A stretch of DNA of 64,000 nt from a virus (IMGVR_UViG_3300033489_000001:318023-382022), one strand, 5' to 3'; counted from the first letter of the stretch, positions 1-9,573 are shown. Notes: generated from the letters alone by a model not told the origin. A program made the numbers and translations.

Positions 1-47
1 GCCAATGCTCTCCGTTGCAGATCGGGCAAACAGGGTCAGCCATGGCC

Positions 48-1838
48 TTACCTACACTGAGTGCCCGAATCTTTTTCTACAGAGCGCAAACTCTTCATTA
101 ATTCGGTGGTGAAACTGCCTTCTGCTCCAAAATCAAGCGCCCCTACGGCGGATTCCCCTAGTACCTTGTCGATTAAATTTTTCTTCTTTTGCAGTATTTC
201 TAAAGTGTAACGGTCAATCGTCTTTCGTTGCTTAATGGTTTTTCCGGGACGTTCAGCAACGAGATGTACCGCAACCACATGTTGGTGAGGGGAACCGATT
301 CTAATTGCGCGGCCAACCGTCTGTACATAATTTCCCCATGACCACGGGGCATCATAAAAAATTAAGGCTTCTGCCGCTTGAAGATTGATGGCCTCTGATC
401 CAGCGTCGGTAATGAATATGATCCGGACCTTAGACCTTAGGTCTTGAAAAGCTTGCATCGCCCTTTGGCGAGCGGGATTACTTTTTGTGTCTACAACTTT
501 GCCCGTAACCGCTACGTTTGGAATCCCAATTTTTTCACATAACTTTTGAAGCCTTGGAACGAGTGACGCAAAACGTGTATATACAATTACTTTTGCATCA
601 TCAAATTCCCCGGTTAGTAAGTCCAAAAGCGCTTGTTCTTTAGAGCCAACAGCAGCAACTTCCGCTTGCTCCTCTCGGAACATATCCAAGTCGATACTAT
701 CCCCCTCTTCATAACGAAGAAGGGACAGTGAATCTACCGCTTGCTGGCAATAGATGAGCGCTACCAAACGCTTATGTTCCTCATACTCCCTAATTTCACC
801 GTCCCCTAAGGATAGTATCCCGGTAAGAGCTTCGGCATATTTAGCGTCTTCCGCCTCAGACAATTCCACTAAGACTTCTTTAGTGATCAACTTAGGAAGT
901 TCATCCGAAATCTCGTGCTTAGGCCGCCCTAAGAAAAAAGGGTCAATTTGATCTCGAAACTGTTGAAGATTTCTGTAACCTACAACGATAGGGATCTTAC
1001 GGCCACCCTTTACCGGTTGCATTTTTGTGACGCAGTAAGACTCTAAAAATTTTGTCTTAGTGCTGAACACTCCAGGGTAGATGCATTTATAAATTGAGAA
1101 CCCTTCGATCAAATTGTTCTTTAGAAGAGTTGCGGTCATCCCGTAACAACGATTAGCCCGATCAGACAGTTCTCGGCACACCTGCCAAGTCTTGGTTCGA
1201 TCTGACTTAAATGCTTGGCACTCGTCTGTCACTACTGTAAGATTTGGAATTCCACCTGTGATCCGATTTAGTAAACCCGGATTCAACGGAGCCTTCATAT
1301 TAGGTTGGCCGTTAGGTTTTAAGGGCCTAGAAGACCCCTCATTCCAATCCCGCACTAGGGAACTATAACCCATGATCATTACGGCTCTGTCGTGTCCTGC
1401 GTCCGTTGGATGCTCTGCAAAGGCATGATAGACGGCTTTACGTTCAGAAGGAGTTCCTTCTAATAAGAAAGTTTTAATCCCCAACGCAAACTTCTGAATT
1501 TCTGACTCCCATTGCCTCAAAGCTGATTTAGGAGCTATGATGATAACTTTGTTGGTTGGTTCTTTTTCCCAGGTGTAACAAAAGGAAGCAATAGCTACGA
1601 TCGTTTTTCCCGAACCGGCCGCATCACCAAGAACCATCCGCTTCATTGAGAGCAGGTGGAAAATTGCTTGAACTTGGTAATATCGAAGCCGAAAGGGCTG
1701 AACTTGTCCGTCTAGGCCGACAAATTCCGAACAAAGCATCGAAATAGGTTTGAGCGAAACAGTTTTGCTTGTACGAACTTTCTTGAGAATTTCGTAAACT
1801 TTTGCATGTTTCGCAAGGATATCTTCGTTTGACGGCAT
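48..1838 (-). CDS. SNF2-family (SF2) helicase/ATPase
   Basis: Q-motif LRYYQ, Walker A DAAGSGKT, Walker B variant VTDECQ, motif III MTAT, C-terminal GSEAINLQ and QTVGRAIRIG. Confidence 0.9.
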   Translation of the reverse strand: MPSNEDILAKHAKVYEILKKVRTSKTVSLKPISMLCSEFVGLDGQVQPFRLRYYQVQAIFHLLSMKRMVLGDAAGSGKTIVAIASFCYTWEKEPTNKVIIIAPKSALRQWESEIQKFALGIKTFLLEGTPSERKAVYHAFAEHPTDAGHDRAVMIMGYSSLVRDWNEGSSRPLKPNGQPNMKAPLNPGLLNRITGGIPNLTVVTDECQAFKSDRTKTWQVCRELSDRANRCYGMTATLLKNNLIEGFSIYKCIYPGVFSTKTKFLESYCVTKMQPVKGGRKIPIVVGYRNLQQFRDQIDPFFLGRPKHEISDELPKLITKEVLVELSEAEDAKYAEALTGILSLGDGEIREYEEHKRLVALIYCQQAVDSLSLLRYEEGDSIDLDMFREEQAEVAAVGSKEQALLDLLTGEFDDAKVIVYTRFASLVPRLQKLCEKIGIPNVAVTGKVVDTKSNPARQRAMQAFQDLRSKVRIIFITDAGSEAINLQAAEALIFYDAPWSWGNYVQTVGRAIRIGSPHQHVVAVHLVAERPGKTIKQRKTIDRYTLEILQKKKNLIDKVLGESAVGALDFGAEGSFTTELMKSLRSVEKDSGTQCR

Positions 1839-2089
1839 AGGAGCAGCACTACACCAATTTTTCAGGGTGCATTAGAATAAAAACAGGGTAGATTAAAAGT
1901 GTAGGATTCTAAGAACACGGCGTTGCCACCAATGCAAATCCACGAGGTGTGAATCCTACGTTTTCGAACGCACTTCGTGATCCTCAACCTTGGGTTGCCG
2001 GTTTGCCAGGGAAATTGGTGGACACCGGCACTTATAAGAGAATAAAAGCCAATAATTCAGGAGGAATCAGAGCAGCGATCGTATACGAA

Positions 2090-2386
2090 TCAGTAGGCAC
2101 TTCTAAATATCTCAAATTGATCAGGCTCTAAAAGTAGCTCAGCAGCCTTCATGACTTGTTCGTATAGCATGTGGCGATAGTCCATTAGAGGTTTAGGCAT
2201 ATGGCCTTCAAGTTTGTGCAACTCCAGTACCAGCCCAAGCTTTTTTACTAACTCTTTTTGACCAAGCATCGTTGCCCCAAGAATCAGAGCTTCAGGGTGT
2301 AGATTTCGATCCGTCATCTTAGTAATCTTCTTTACCGTTTCAGGATCAAACTTAGCAGCGGCGGTTTTCCACACTGAGTTATTCAT
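2090..2386 (-). CDS. hypothetical phage protein (start moved to MNNSV at 2386)
   Basis: ATG at 2386 lies just after the stop of the upstream gene and has a purine-rich RBS; the longer ORF call overlaps that gene. Confidence 0.6.
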   Translation of the reverse strand: MNNSVWKTAAAKFDPETVKKITKMTDRNLHPEALILGATMLGQKELVKKLGLVLELHKLEGHMPKPLMDYRHMLYEQVMKAAELLLEPDQFEIFRSAY

Positions 2387-2388
2387 AA

Positions 2389-3528
2389 TTACCCTTTTAC
2401 TTGCTCTTCGGCGGCTTTGAGAATCTCTGTCGCTTCCAGAGGCAAATCCGTAAATCTTTCTGCCATCCAACCAAGGATTTTTTTACCAGACTTTATACGG
2501 GTTAGTTGCTTGTGAGAGGCGTTATACTGATATGTACCAAAAATTACCTCCATAAGACGCTTACTACCTAACCGTGTAGAGGAGAACAATTTAAAATCTT
2601 TTTCCGAAACTATGTAAGAACGCCCGTCTAATGTCAAAATCATCTGGTAATATTGGCCATGATATTTACCGTCCCAGAAGTTCCCTCGATTATGCGCTTC
2701 CTCATAAAAACCGGAATCTGGCTTATAGGTTTCAAGGACTTTTAGCTCAGCCGTATGCTTGCGCCCGGCCACTGAAGGAGCATCCCCCGCAACCTCCCCG
2801 CTACCCACTAGCCAATGTTTGATAGAGGTAACGGTCCCTTCAGGTAGGCGACGATTAAATTTCCAGCCCTGAGCATCAAGGATCTTGGAGTTGAATCTAC
2901 CTTCGAATTTTAATCCCTTGAAAGATTTGACTACATTTCCGTAAAGCCAAGCTGGGTTTTTGCCCTCATCTTTTTGGATCGGGATCTCAATAGATTTAAT
3001 GGTCCAAGTATCGGTATCATTAGTCCCGCCAACGTAGAAATCTTGCCGTGTATAATGCCTGGCTCCAACAAAAACATGCTGCTGTTCCGTTCGTCCATAA
3101 GCCACAAAAGCAGAATCCCCTAAACTAGACTCATCTGAACTCCAAGTTGACTTGCCACGTTGGCTAGTAGTGACAAAAAACCATTGAACGCCGCTAGGTA
3201 TGCCTGCTTTGGTTTCAGCTTCCTCAAAGGTAACCTCTGCCTTCTTGGGCGGAACCCAACGACTTCCCCCTGGTCCAGGAGGTACCTCCGGATCAGAACG
3301 CCTATCATAGGTAGGAACGGTAAACTTACCCGTCAAGATATCATTAGCAATGTTAAGTCGCTTGATGGCTTCTAAATTGCCTCCCCGATCTGTGTGGGCC
3401 TCAAGAGCTTTTCGATGGTAAGCGGCTTTAATTTCGCTTGAACTCGGATGATCGTTGGGAAGGAAACCAAGGATTGCCTTAGCTTCATTCTCCGTCATGG
3501 GCATGGTTACTTCAGAAAAAAGATCCAT
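2389..3528 (-). CDS. J-domain (DnaJ-like N-terminus) protein; true start probably 3504 or 3498
   Basis: EAKAILG...EIKAAYHRKALEAHTDRGG...IKRLNIANDIL matches the J-domain pattern, with HTD in place of HPD. Confidence 0.75.
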   Translation of the reverse strand: MDLFSEVTMPMTENEAKAILGFLPNDHPSSSEIKAAYHRKALEAHTDRGGNLEAIKRLNIANDILTGKFTVPTYDRRSDPEVPPGPGGSRWVPPKKAEVTFEEAETKAGIPSGVQWFFVTTSQRGKSTWSSDESSLGDSAFVAYGRTEQQHVFVGARHYTRQDFYVGGTNDTDTWTIKSIEIPIQKDEGKNPAWLYGNVVKSFKGLKFEGRFNSKILDAQGWKFNRRLPEGTVTSIKHWLVGSGEVAGDAPSVAGRKHTAELKVLETYKPDSGFYEEAHNRGNFWDGKYHGQYYQMILTLDGRSYIVSEKDFKLFSSTRLGSKRLMEVIFGTYQYNASHKQLTRIKSGKKILGWMAERFTDLPLEATEILKAAEEQVKG

Positions 3529-3536
3529 TGAATGAG

Positions 3537-3977
3537 CTATTCTAAAAATGTACTATTCGATCTGAACAAGGGTTTATGTCTCTTCAAGACATGCACGTCT
3601 TCTAACGTGATTCCCATATGAGATTTAATAATGCTGAGAGCTTTCTCCGGCTCATACTCACCACACGAAAATACATCCATACTGAAAAATGCTTGTAGAG
3701 GCCAACAATGAATAGATATATGACTTTTACTTATTACGCATACAGCGGTCAGGCCACCTTCATCCGAAAAAACTCCTGTCTCTTGGGATTTTTTTAAAAT
3801 AACTGGATCTATAGGAACCTCATAAAAATTAGGTCCAGCAATGATCTTCATATCCAAAGCTGAAACTAACTTTTGAAAAAGTTCCTGAAAATGCGATACC
3901 GTAAATACCGCGTTGGGATCTTCTACGAAAGCGTCAACAGTGACATGGACTCCAGCGCTTTCAATAATTTGAGGCAT
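3537..3977 (-). CDS. speD: S-adenosylmethionine decarboxylase-like pyruvoyl proenzyme
   Basis: GGLTAVCVISKSHISIHCWP...MDVFSCG, class 1 AdoMetDC signature. Confidence 0.85.
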   Translation of the reverse strand: MPQIIESAGVHVTVDAFVEDPNAVFTVSHFQELFQKLVSALDMKIIAGPNFYEVPIDPVILKKSQETGVFSDEGGLTAVCVISKSHISIHCWPLQAFFSMDVFSCGEYEPEKALSIIKSHMGITLEDVHVLKRHKPLFRSNSTFLE

Positions 3978-4022
3978 GTCCTAAGACCTAACTAAGAAAC
4001 TAAGAAAAGCGTTTTGCTATTG

Positions 4023-4397
4023 CTACCTAAACGTGCCACAACCATTAGATTCCGCACATGACTTAGCCTTGATAATACAAGGGAAACGGGCTGAATAAAT
4101 AGGATTCTTAGCCGAGTTAGTAACAACCGTAACGCAAGGCACACCTTTCCCTGTACCCTGTGCCCCATCACAACCAAGCTTCACCCATGTAGCGCATACG
4201 CCCGCTGGATCAGCTTTAATCGGTTCCGGGGCCGGAGCGGCATCCACTACAGGCGTGGGGATAGGGGACGCATCTACTACCGGTGCAGGCCCCGCATCAA
4301 TGACCGTGGGTATTGGCTTAATGCCACCACAACCACAACCCTCACAACCCCAAATCATTATTGCGCAAAAAACTAATAATGCCGTTGTTTTTCTCAT
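4023..4397 (-). CDS. Pro/Cys-rich lipoprotein
   Basis: Basic N-terminus, hydrophobic stretch, lipobox-like IWGC, VDA(G/S/A)P repeats, Cys-rich C-terminus. Confidence 0.6.
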   Translation of the reverse strand: MRKTTALLVFCAIMIWGCEGCGCGGIKPIPTVIDAGPAPVVDASPIPTPVVDAAPAPEPIKADPAGVCATWVKLGCDGAQGTGKGVPCVTVVTNSAKNPIYSARFPCIIKAKSCAESNGCGTFR

Positions 4398-4407
4398 GGC
4401 TACCTCT

Positions 4408-5244
4408 TTACGGAATGATAGGGGCTTTACGCATGACTAGGAGAGAGCTAGTTTCGTCCCACTCGATATAGGATGAATCAAACAGAGCTACCCCATTGTC
4501 AAACATATTTGAACCCCAACTACCAACGTCTTTATGTGTATCTCCGTTGTATCCACCGAGAATCGTAAAATGCCCGCCGTAATCAGGGTCGTTATAGTTA
4601 AAATTAGTGGGTGGTTTAAGAGGGGGATCACCAGGTTTCCAATTTTCATACTCCGGACCTACCACAGTGGCGATCCCAACTAGATACCCTTCATCCTGAG
4701 CAATTTTAGTCTGGTCTACTTTCCTAGTGCCAGACGTTGTGATCCAGTTGAACTCGTATGGACCACGCTGATCATAGCCGTGATTCATTGCTTCATCAAT
4801 ACCCTCAGGAAGGAGTCCTCTTCTTAGATTTGGAAAGGTCGAAACATCATACGGCCAGTACAAATCTTCGTCGCATAACCCCCATTGGTTCAAGGCTGCC
4901 ATCGCGGTAACCGGGTCACACCCATAATCGTCGATGCCTTCCTTAGCCAAAACGAGAGTCCAGTAGTAGCCCATCATCCGCGATCCTAACGGATAATGTA
5001 AACCACTAGGCACATTTCCGTCTGGATAAGTGGATCTTACTCGCAAGCCACGAATCATCTGCGTAACGCCATGCCAGACGCAGCTTCCTAAGGACAACTG
5101 ATTTAATATACTCAGGATCTGCCACATATTATCGGCCCAGCCACGTGGAGTAGCCGCACCAATATGTGGAATAGCTCGCTGGATTTGAAACTTGTGTGCT
5201 AGCGGGTGTGGTTTTCTATAACCCTTAAAATGTTTTTCAGGCAT
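4408..5244 (-). CDS. papain-like (C1-type) cysteine peptidase
   Basis: NQLSLGSCVW (oxyanion Gln and catalytic Cys), GGHFTILGGY (His), VGSWG (NSWG-like). Confidence 0.75.
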   Translation of the reverse strand: MPEKHFKGYRKPHPLAHKFQIQRAIPHIGAATPRGWADNMWQILSILNQLSLGSCVWHGVTQMIRGLRVRSTYPDGNVPSGLHYPLGSRMMGYYWTLVLAKEGIDDYGCDPVTAMAALNQWGLCDEDLYWPYDVSTFPNLRRGLLPEGIDEAMNHGYDQRGPYEFNWITTSGTRKVDQTKIAQDEGYLVGIATVVGPEYENWKPGDPPLKPPTNFNYNDPDYGGHFTILGGYNGDTHKDVGSWGSNMFDNGVALFDSSYIEWDETSSLLVMRKAPIIP

Positions 5245-5278
5245 GATATACTTACCCTAAGAATCTAAAACCACAGCC

Positions 5279-5701
5279 CTACTTTTGTGCCATCAACATA
5301 GGTCTGTTAACGGTTAGAGTAGCCGGGGTTCCTTTATACTTACCACCAGCAACCTGACAACCTAGAGGGCCTACCAAATCCATCAAATCCAAGAATGCAG
5401 CCTGGAAATCTTTCATTGCTGCCTGCATGTTCTTGTTTTGTACATCTTGCCCGCCCTGAGCTGTTCGGTTTATTATGTTGAGAGCCTTGTTACACTTCTC
5501 AAAAGCAGTATCAATCTTGGCCTGTAGCTCTGGAGCCGGTTTAGTAGCAAAATATGTATCAACGAAGGAACTGACTTGGTCCAGAATAAGCATTGCATCC
5601 TGCACCCCAGAAATCGTTGCAGCTAAAATAGCGGCCAAACTGGCTCCACACCCCATGGTTAAAACCGCAACCATCAATACCATTCCTAATCTTTTCTTCA
5701 T
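5279..5701 (-). CDS. helical lipoprotein
   Basis: Signal peptide MKKRLGMVLMVAVLTMGC with lipobox. Confidence 0.6.
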   Translation of the reverse strand: MKKRLGMVLMVAVLTMGCGASLAAILAATISGVQDAMLILDQVSSFVDTYFATKPAPELQAKIDTAFEKCNKALNIINRTAQGGQDVQNKNMQAAMKDFQAAFLDLMDLVGPLGCQVAGGKYKGTPATLTVNRPMLMAQK

Positions 5702-5764
5702 TATATTTATCTCCGTTTAAAGGTTGACTCTCGTGATTACCGTTTACTAAAGAAGTTCCCCTGC

Positions 5765-6175
5765 CTACTTTTTCATCTGCTGGACTTGAGCTTCAATACG
5801 CCCAACAACAAATGCCTCTAGTTTGTCAGGATCAGTGAACCCTAGGTTTTTGCCAAGCTCATCCAAGCGCCCGCCCAAGTTGGATTTTGCTGCCGCTAAA
5901 GCTTCATTCCGAACTTGTTTAGCTCCCTCAGAGTCTAGTTTGCCGTTCTTGGCGTTCGCTTTAATTGAGGCAACAGTGGTTTGCTCGGTCTGTCTAACAG
6001 CCGTAGCAATGGCATCGTTTAGTTGAAGCAAAGCAGTTTGAAGCACTACATCTTTGGTATGAGCACGAATCCATACCGCTGCTTCTTTTGTTAGCCATCC
6101 AATTAGAGCTAATACGGCCGCCCCTATATAGGGTAGCATCTGTACGATATACGCAGACCAATCGAATTTAGTCAT
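5765..6175 (-). CDS. putative holin (LL-H-like)
   Basis: Single N-terminal TM helix, then AVRQTEQ and C-terminal RIEAQV, resembling LL-H-family holins. Confidence 0.55.
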   Translation of the reverse strand: MTKFDWSAYIVQMLPYIGAAVLALIGWLTKEAAVWIRAHTKDVVLQTALLQLNDAIATAVRQTEQTTVASIKANAKNGKLDSEGAKQVRNEALAAAKSNLGGRLDELGKNLGFTDPDKLEAFVVGRIEAQVQQMKK

Positions 6176-6289
6176 AAACTTTTCTCCTGAGTTGCTAGTT
6201 GCTGAAATACCTTGTAAAGGTGTTTTACATTTCAGCTAACGTATAGATTCTTTAGTAAATTAGGAGAAAGTAACGATAAATTCAGACTC

Positions 6290-6775
6290 CTATTTTATGG
6301 GAGGCTTAGATGTTTGGGGTGTAGGAAGCGGTGGAGGGAAAACAGGAGAGTGATCAGTAGGAAAGATAATAGGAGGAAGGATAGGAGGAGGATGATCAGA
6401 AGGAGGAATACTATCAATTCCAGGCAAATCCAGATTGATGCCTTTCTTTTTTGCAATGCCTTTTAGTAATTCGTAACCCCAGACGGAAAGTCCACCGGCG
6501 GTAGCAAAGTAGCCCATACGCGGAATCAATCTAACAATGTCAGGTTCCGGCTCCTTCCAAATAATGCCTAAGAGAATGCCCAACACAATTGGATGCAAAG
6601 GCAAGGTCTTTCGGCCCCACCACCAGAACCACACAGGTTTATTTTCTAAATGAGCGTTCTTCGTGAAGACGCTCTTGACCATGACTTGACCAGTCACCAT
6701 GAAAAATATTAAAGCTGAGAAGAAAGGCCAGTGAGGTAATACGTCAGAATTTATGAAGTCGCTTAAAGAATCCAC
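6290..6775 (-). CDS. multi-TM membrane protein, possible holin, with Pro-rich tail
   Basis: About three hydrophobic segments and a Pro-rich C-terminus; adjacent to a holin-like gene. Confidence 0.5.
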   Translation of the reverse strand: MDSLSDFINSDVLPHWPFFSALIFFMVTGQVMVKSVFTKNAHLENKPVWFWWWGRKTLPLHPIVLGILLGIIWKEPEPDIVRLIPRMGYFATAGGLSVWGYELLKGIAKKKGINLDLPGIDSIPPSDHPPPILPPIIFPTDHSPVFPPPLPTPQTSKPPIK

Positions 6776-6810
6776 TTAATTTGCACTCCGTAAATTTCTA
6801 CTGTAATATA

Positions 6811-6847
6811 CGGAGAAGGTTTTATGCCTTCTCCGTATAATTGAAAC
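6811..6847 (+). CRISPR. solitary CRISPR-like repeat
   Basis: CGGAGAAGGTTTTATGCCTTCTCCGTATAATTGAAAC, 37 nt, perfect hairpin with 3' ATTGAAAC; same architecture as the repeats at 16900-17082. Confidence 0.65.
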
Positions 6848-6858
6848 ACTGTGATATA

Positions 6859-6989
6859 TGCATGAATCCTTCTAAGATTTACAGCTCTTTGAAAAGATAT
6901 GCGGTTCTGAAAGAAAATCTTCTTTTGGATAAAATCTGAAAAGTAAGAGCTGTCAGGGAGAAGGTTTTACCTTCTCTGATAATTGAAAT
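6859..6989 (+). CRISPR. leader-like sequence plus solitary CRISPR-like repeat (6953-6989)
   Basis: Hairpin GAGAAGG-TTTTA-CCTTCTC ending ATTGAAAT; the upstream ~90 bp aligns with 25321-25420. Confidence 0.65.
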
Positions 6990-7001
6990 GATAATTGAAA
7001 T

Positions 7002-7100
7002 GTTGTCATCACCCGTCCGGTGATCATGAAGAACACCATCGCCGCAAAAAAACCAATGGGGAAGAATATAGGAATCAATTAGACCGGTTACTTCGTTCAT
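7002..7100 (-). pseudogene. truncated, frameshifted paralog of the 6290-6775 membrane protein
   Basis: MNEVTGLIDSYILPHW then, after a frameshift, FFAAMVFFMITGRVMTT aligns with MDSLSDFINSDVLPHWPFFSALIFFMVTGQVMVK; breaks off at the CRISPR-like unit. Confidence 0.7.
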
Positions 7101-7118
7101 GATTTGGATACAGTTTCC

Positions 7119-7307
7119 TCAGAGAGTCTTTCCTAAGGTCCCACCTTCCCATGCACTTAGCTTATGCAACCGTTCTTTAAGTTGCTGCTTTTGTTCTTGA
7201 GACAGGTTGGGATCGGATAAGGTGGCCTTAATACGCTCCCGGACTAGTCTTGCCCCTTCTTTACGTAAGTCAGGGGATAAATTTAAATAGTTTTGCCTTA
7301 TGATCAT
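7119..7307 (-). CDS. hypothetical protein
   Basis: 62-aa helical ORF with AGGAGAGG RBS, in operon orientation. Confidence 0.55.
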   Translation of the reverse strand: MIIRQNYLNLSPDLRKEGARLVRERIKATLSDPNLSQEQKQQLKERLHKLSAWEGGTLGKTL

Positions 7308-7378
7308 AGTGAGCCTCTCCTAAAGAAAACTGTAAAAAGGATTCTCAGCCTAGTTGGAGTCTTGCCCTATTGAATTCT

Positions 7379-9088
7379 TCATTCCTGAGGTAACTCAAGC
7401 ATGAGATTAAATATGCTCTCTTGCGTTTGTTTGTCCTTTATCTTTGTCAAAACAAGATTTCGGTTTTTATCGTGTACAATATCAGATGGAATTTTTGCCT
7501 TTGCAAATGGTTGAGCATCAGGATTAAAAATGTCTTCAACGCGAAGTATTTGAACACGATCAAAAACCCGTCTATCCCCCTCCACCCCCGTAGTAAATGT
7601 CCCCTTAGCCTTAGCCGCCGCTATCATGCCCGGAGTAATATACCTATCCCAAGCCACAAAAAGTCCTACAACTGCATCAGCCTCGTCAACGCTATTACAA
7701 AAAGCGCGTACTGCCCCAATATCTGTGTACCCACCTTTTACTTGGATAACTCCGGGACGACTCTTTTTGTCTGCAAATCCAATAACTGTAATATCCCCGT
7801 CAATTCCCCCATCATGACTACTCTTTCTTGGGATTCCGTCAAAATAATTCACTACCCAACAAGAGAAGGGATAATGTTGCTCAGCCAACTTCTGAGCTTC
7901 CTCAATATCTGTCGGTATGAAACTTTCATCAATCCAACAACCTTCTCCAAAAGTAGCATCTAACCTTTCTTTCGCTTTTTGTGCTACTTTATGAGTCAGT
8001 TCCATACCTAACCATTTTCTATTCAACTTCTGAGCCGCTATGGCAGTAGTACCGCTCCCCAAAAATGGATCTAAAACAAGATCTCCTGGATTAGAGCTGG
8101 CTTTAATTATGAGTTCAAGTAAAGCTAGCGGCTTTTGCCCATCAAAAACCACACATTCTTTTGAGTTTGGTCGAACTTGAATAATATCAAGCCACACCCC
8201 TTGCATAACAACCCCCTTCTCGGGATCTTCGTCTACATAGCACTTATACATTGGATGCCCACGCATTAAAATAAAGCCTGCTTCATACGCTTGATCTAAC
8301 ATTTCTTGGGGGGTGCCCGTAAGTTCTTTCCCGGTAACTCTCTGATAATTCTCTTTAAGATTTCTGCTTATCATCCAACTGTAGCCTCTTCCGACCTCGG
8401 TTGGATCAATCCCTCTCCAAGGTAAGCTGCTAGGGCCATTACTGACTCCACGCCCCATTGGATCTGCCCATCTCCATTTACGTCCATCAGTATCAATCCC
8501 ATCCCAATGGTCTTTGTACTTCTGCGTTGCAGTATGATAAACTTTATTCCAAGTATAGTTATTACTCTTGGTATAAAGAAAAATCATATCGTGATCAGAA
8601 GGTATTCTTCGAGCGTTATTATGTGCTGAAGTCCTTTTCCAAATTACTTGGTTACGAAAATTTTCTTCCCCAAAGATTAAATCAAGAAACACTTTCAAGT
8701 AGTGACCCGCATGTTGGTCACAATGCAGCCACAAAGATCCTTTTGATGTTAGGACCCTCTTGCACTCCCATGCTCTAGGGACCATTTGGATGAGATAAGC
8801 AACCGTACCACAACGACCTTTTGCTTTATAGATGGCTGTCAAATATTCCGCTACAACATCAGCGCCAGGCGGTACATGCTCAATAAAATCTCTATACGTC
8901 TTCTCAGCCTTCTCCCCAAAATTCCAGGTGTCTTCGTAGGCCCACTCATGGGCCATACTTTCAACTACGGTAATATTGTAGTCTCTACCCGAGTTAAAGG
9001 GAGGATCTAAATAAATTAGATCCACGGAAGCATCAGGCATAGCTCTTAAAGATATGAGGTTGTCTCCGACTTTGATTTTTTCGGTCAT
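7379..9088 (-). CDS. N6/N4 DNA methyltransferase (beta class) with C-terminal Mrr-like PD-(D/E)XK domain
   Basis: IYLDPPF catalytic motif, QKP..LL, LDPFLGSGTT SAM-binding motif; C-terminal DGGIDG...IQVKGG. Confidence 0.88.
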   Translation of the reverse strand: MTEKIKVGDNLISLRAMPDASVDLIYLDPPFNSGRDYNITVVESMAHEWAYEDTWNFGEKAEKTYRDFIEHVPPGADVVAEYLTAIYKAKGRCGTVAYLIQMVPRAWECKRVLTSKGSLWLHCDQHAGHYLKVFLDLIFGEENFRNQVIWKRTSAHNNARRIPSDHDMIFLYTKSNNYTWNKVYHTATQKYKDHWDGIDTDGRKWRWADPMGRGVSNGPSSLPWRGIDPTEVGRGYSWMISRNLKENYQRVTGKELTGTPQEMLDQAYEAGFILMRGHPMYKCYVDEDPEKGVVMQGVWLDIIQVRPNSKECVVFDGQKPLALLELIIKASSNPGDLVLDPFLGSGTTAIAAQKLNRKWLGMELTHKVAQKAKERLDATFGEGCWIDESFIPTDIEEAQKLAEQHYPFSCWVVNYFDGIPRKSSHDGGIDGDITVIGFADKKSRPGVIQVKGGYTDIGAVRAFCNSVDEADAVVGLFVAWDRYITPGMIAAAKAKGTFTTGVEGDRRVFDRVQILRVEDIFNPDAQPFAKAKIPSDIVHDKNRNLVLTKIKDKQTQESIFNLMLELPQE

Positions 9089-9573
9089 AATTAGCCTTTC
9101 CAGAAAAGCTCAGTCGATAAGTGATTTAATTTGGAGACTTTCCTTTTTTATAAGCTTACGGATTGTCTCTAGTGGAGAAATGTGAAAGTGTTTAGAACAG
9201 GAACAATGGCGTTGTTCCTTTATGGTACTAATTACACCGAAAATAGCTTTGTCTGAAAGAAGTTCGATAATTCTTTTGTGGAAGGATTTCACACGCGGAT
9301 GTGATAGGAGCTATTAATTTGCTCAGACGTTCTGAGGATAAACAAATTAATGGCTATGATGATCCATCCGAGGTGAAAACTCTCTTGAGAGAGCGATTTC
9401 GTTTTAAACGAACCAGTTCCTTGAGAGGGTTAAACGAGCCTTATGGCTAGGCCGGAAGCTTACTACCAAGGGATCTCTTAAGAGACGTTGGCATAGCTTC
9501 AAATGCTAAAAACAAAGCCACCGAAAATAGGTGTAAGTATTCCTAGGAGTTTCCAAATAGAAAGAGTCCCTTC

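Noticed and set aside
1899-2031. Two hairpins upstream of the SNF2 gene
   Set aside because: No riboswitch or known RNA consensus recognised; insufficient support
6879-7100. 73-aa ORF
   Set aside because: Chimeric: pseudogene start reading out of frame through the CRISPR-like unit
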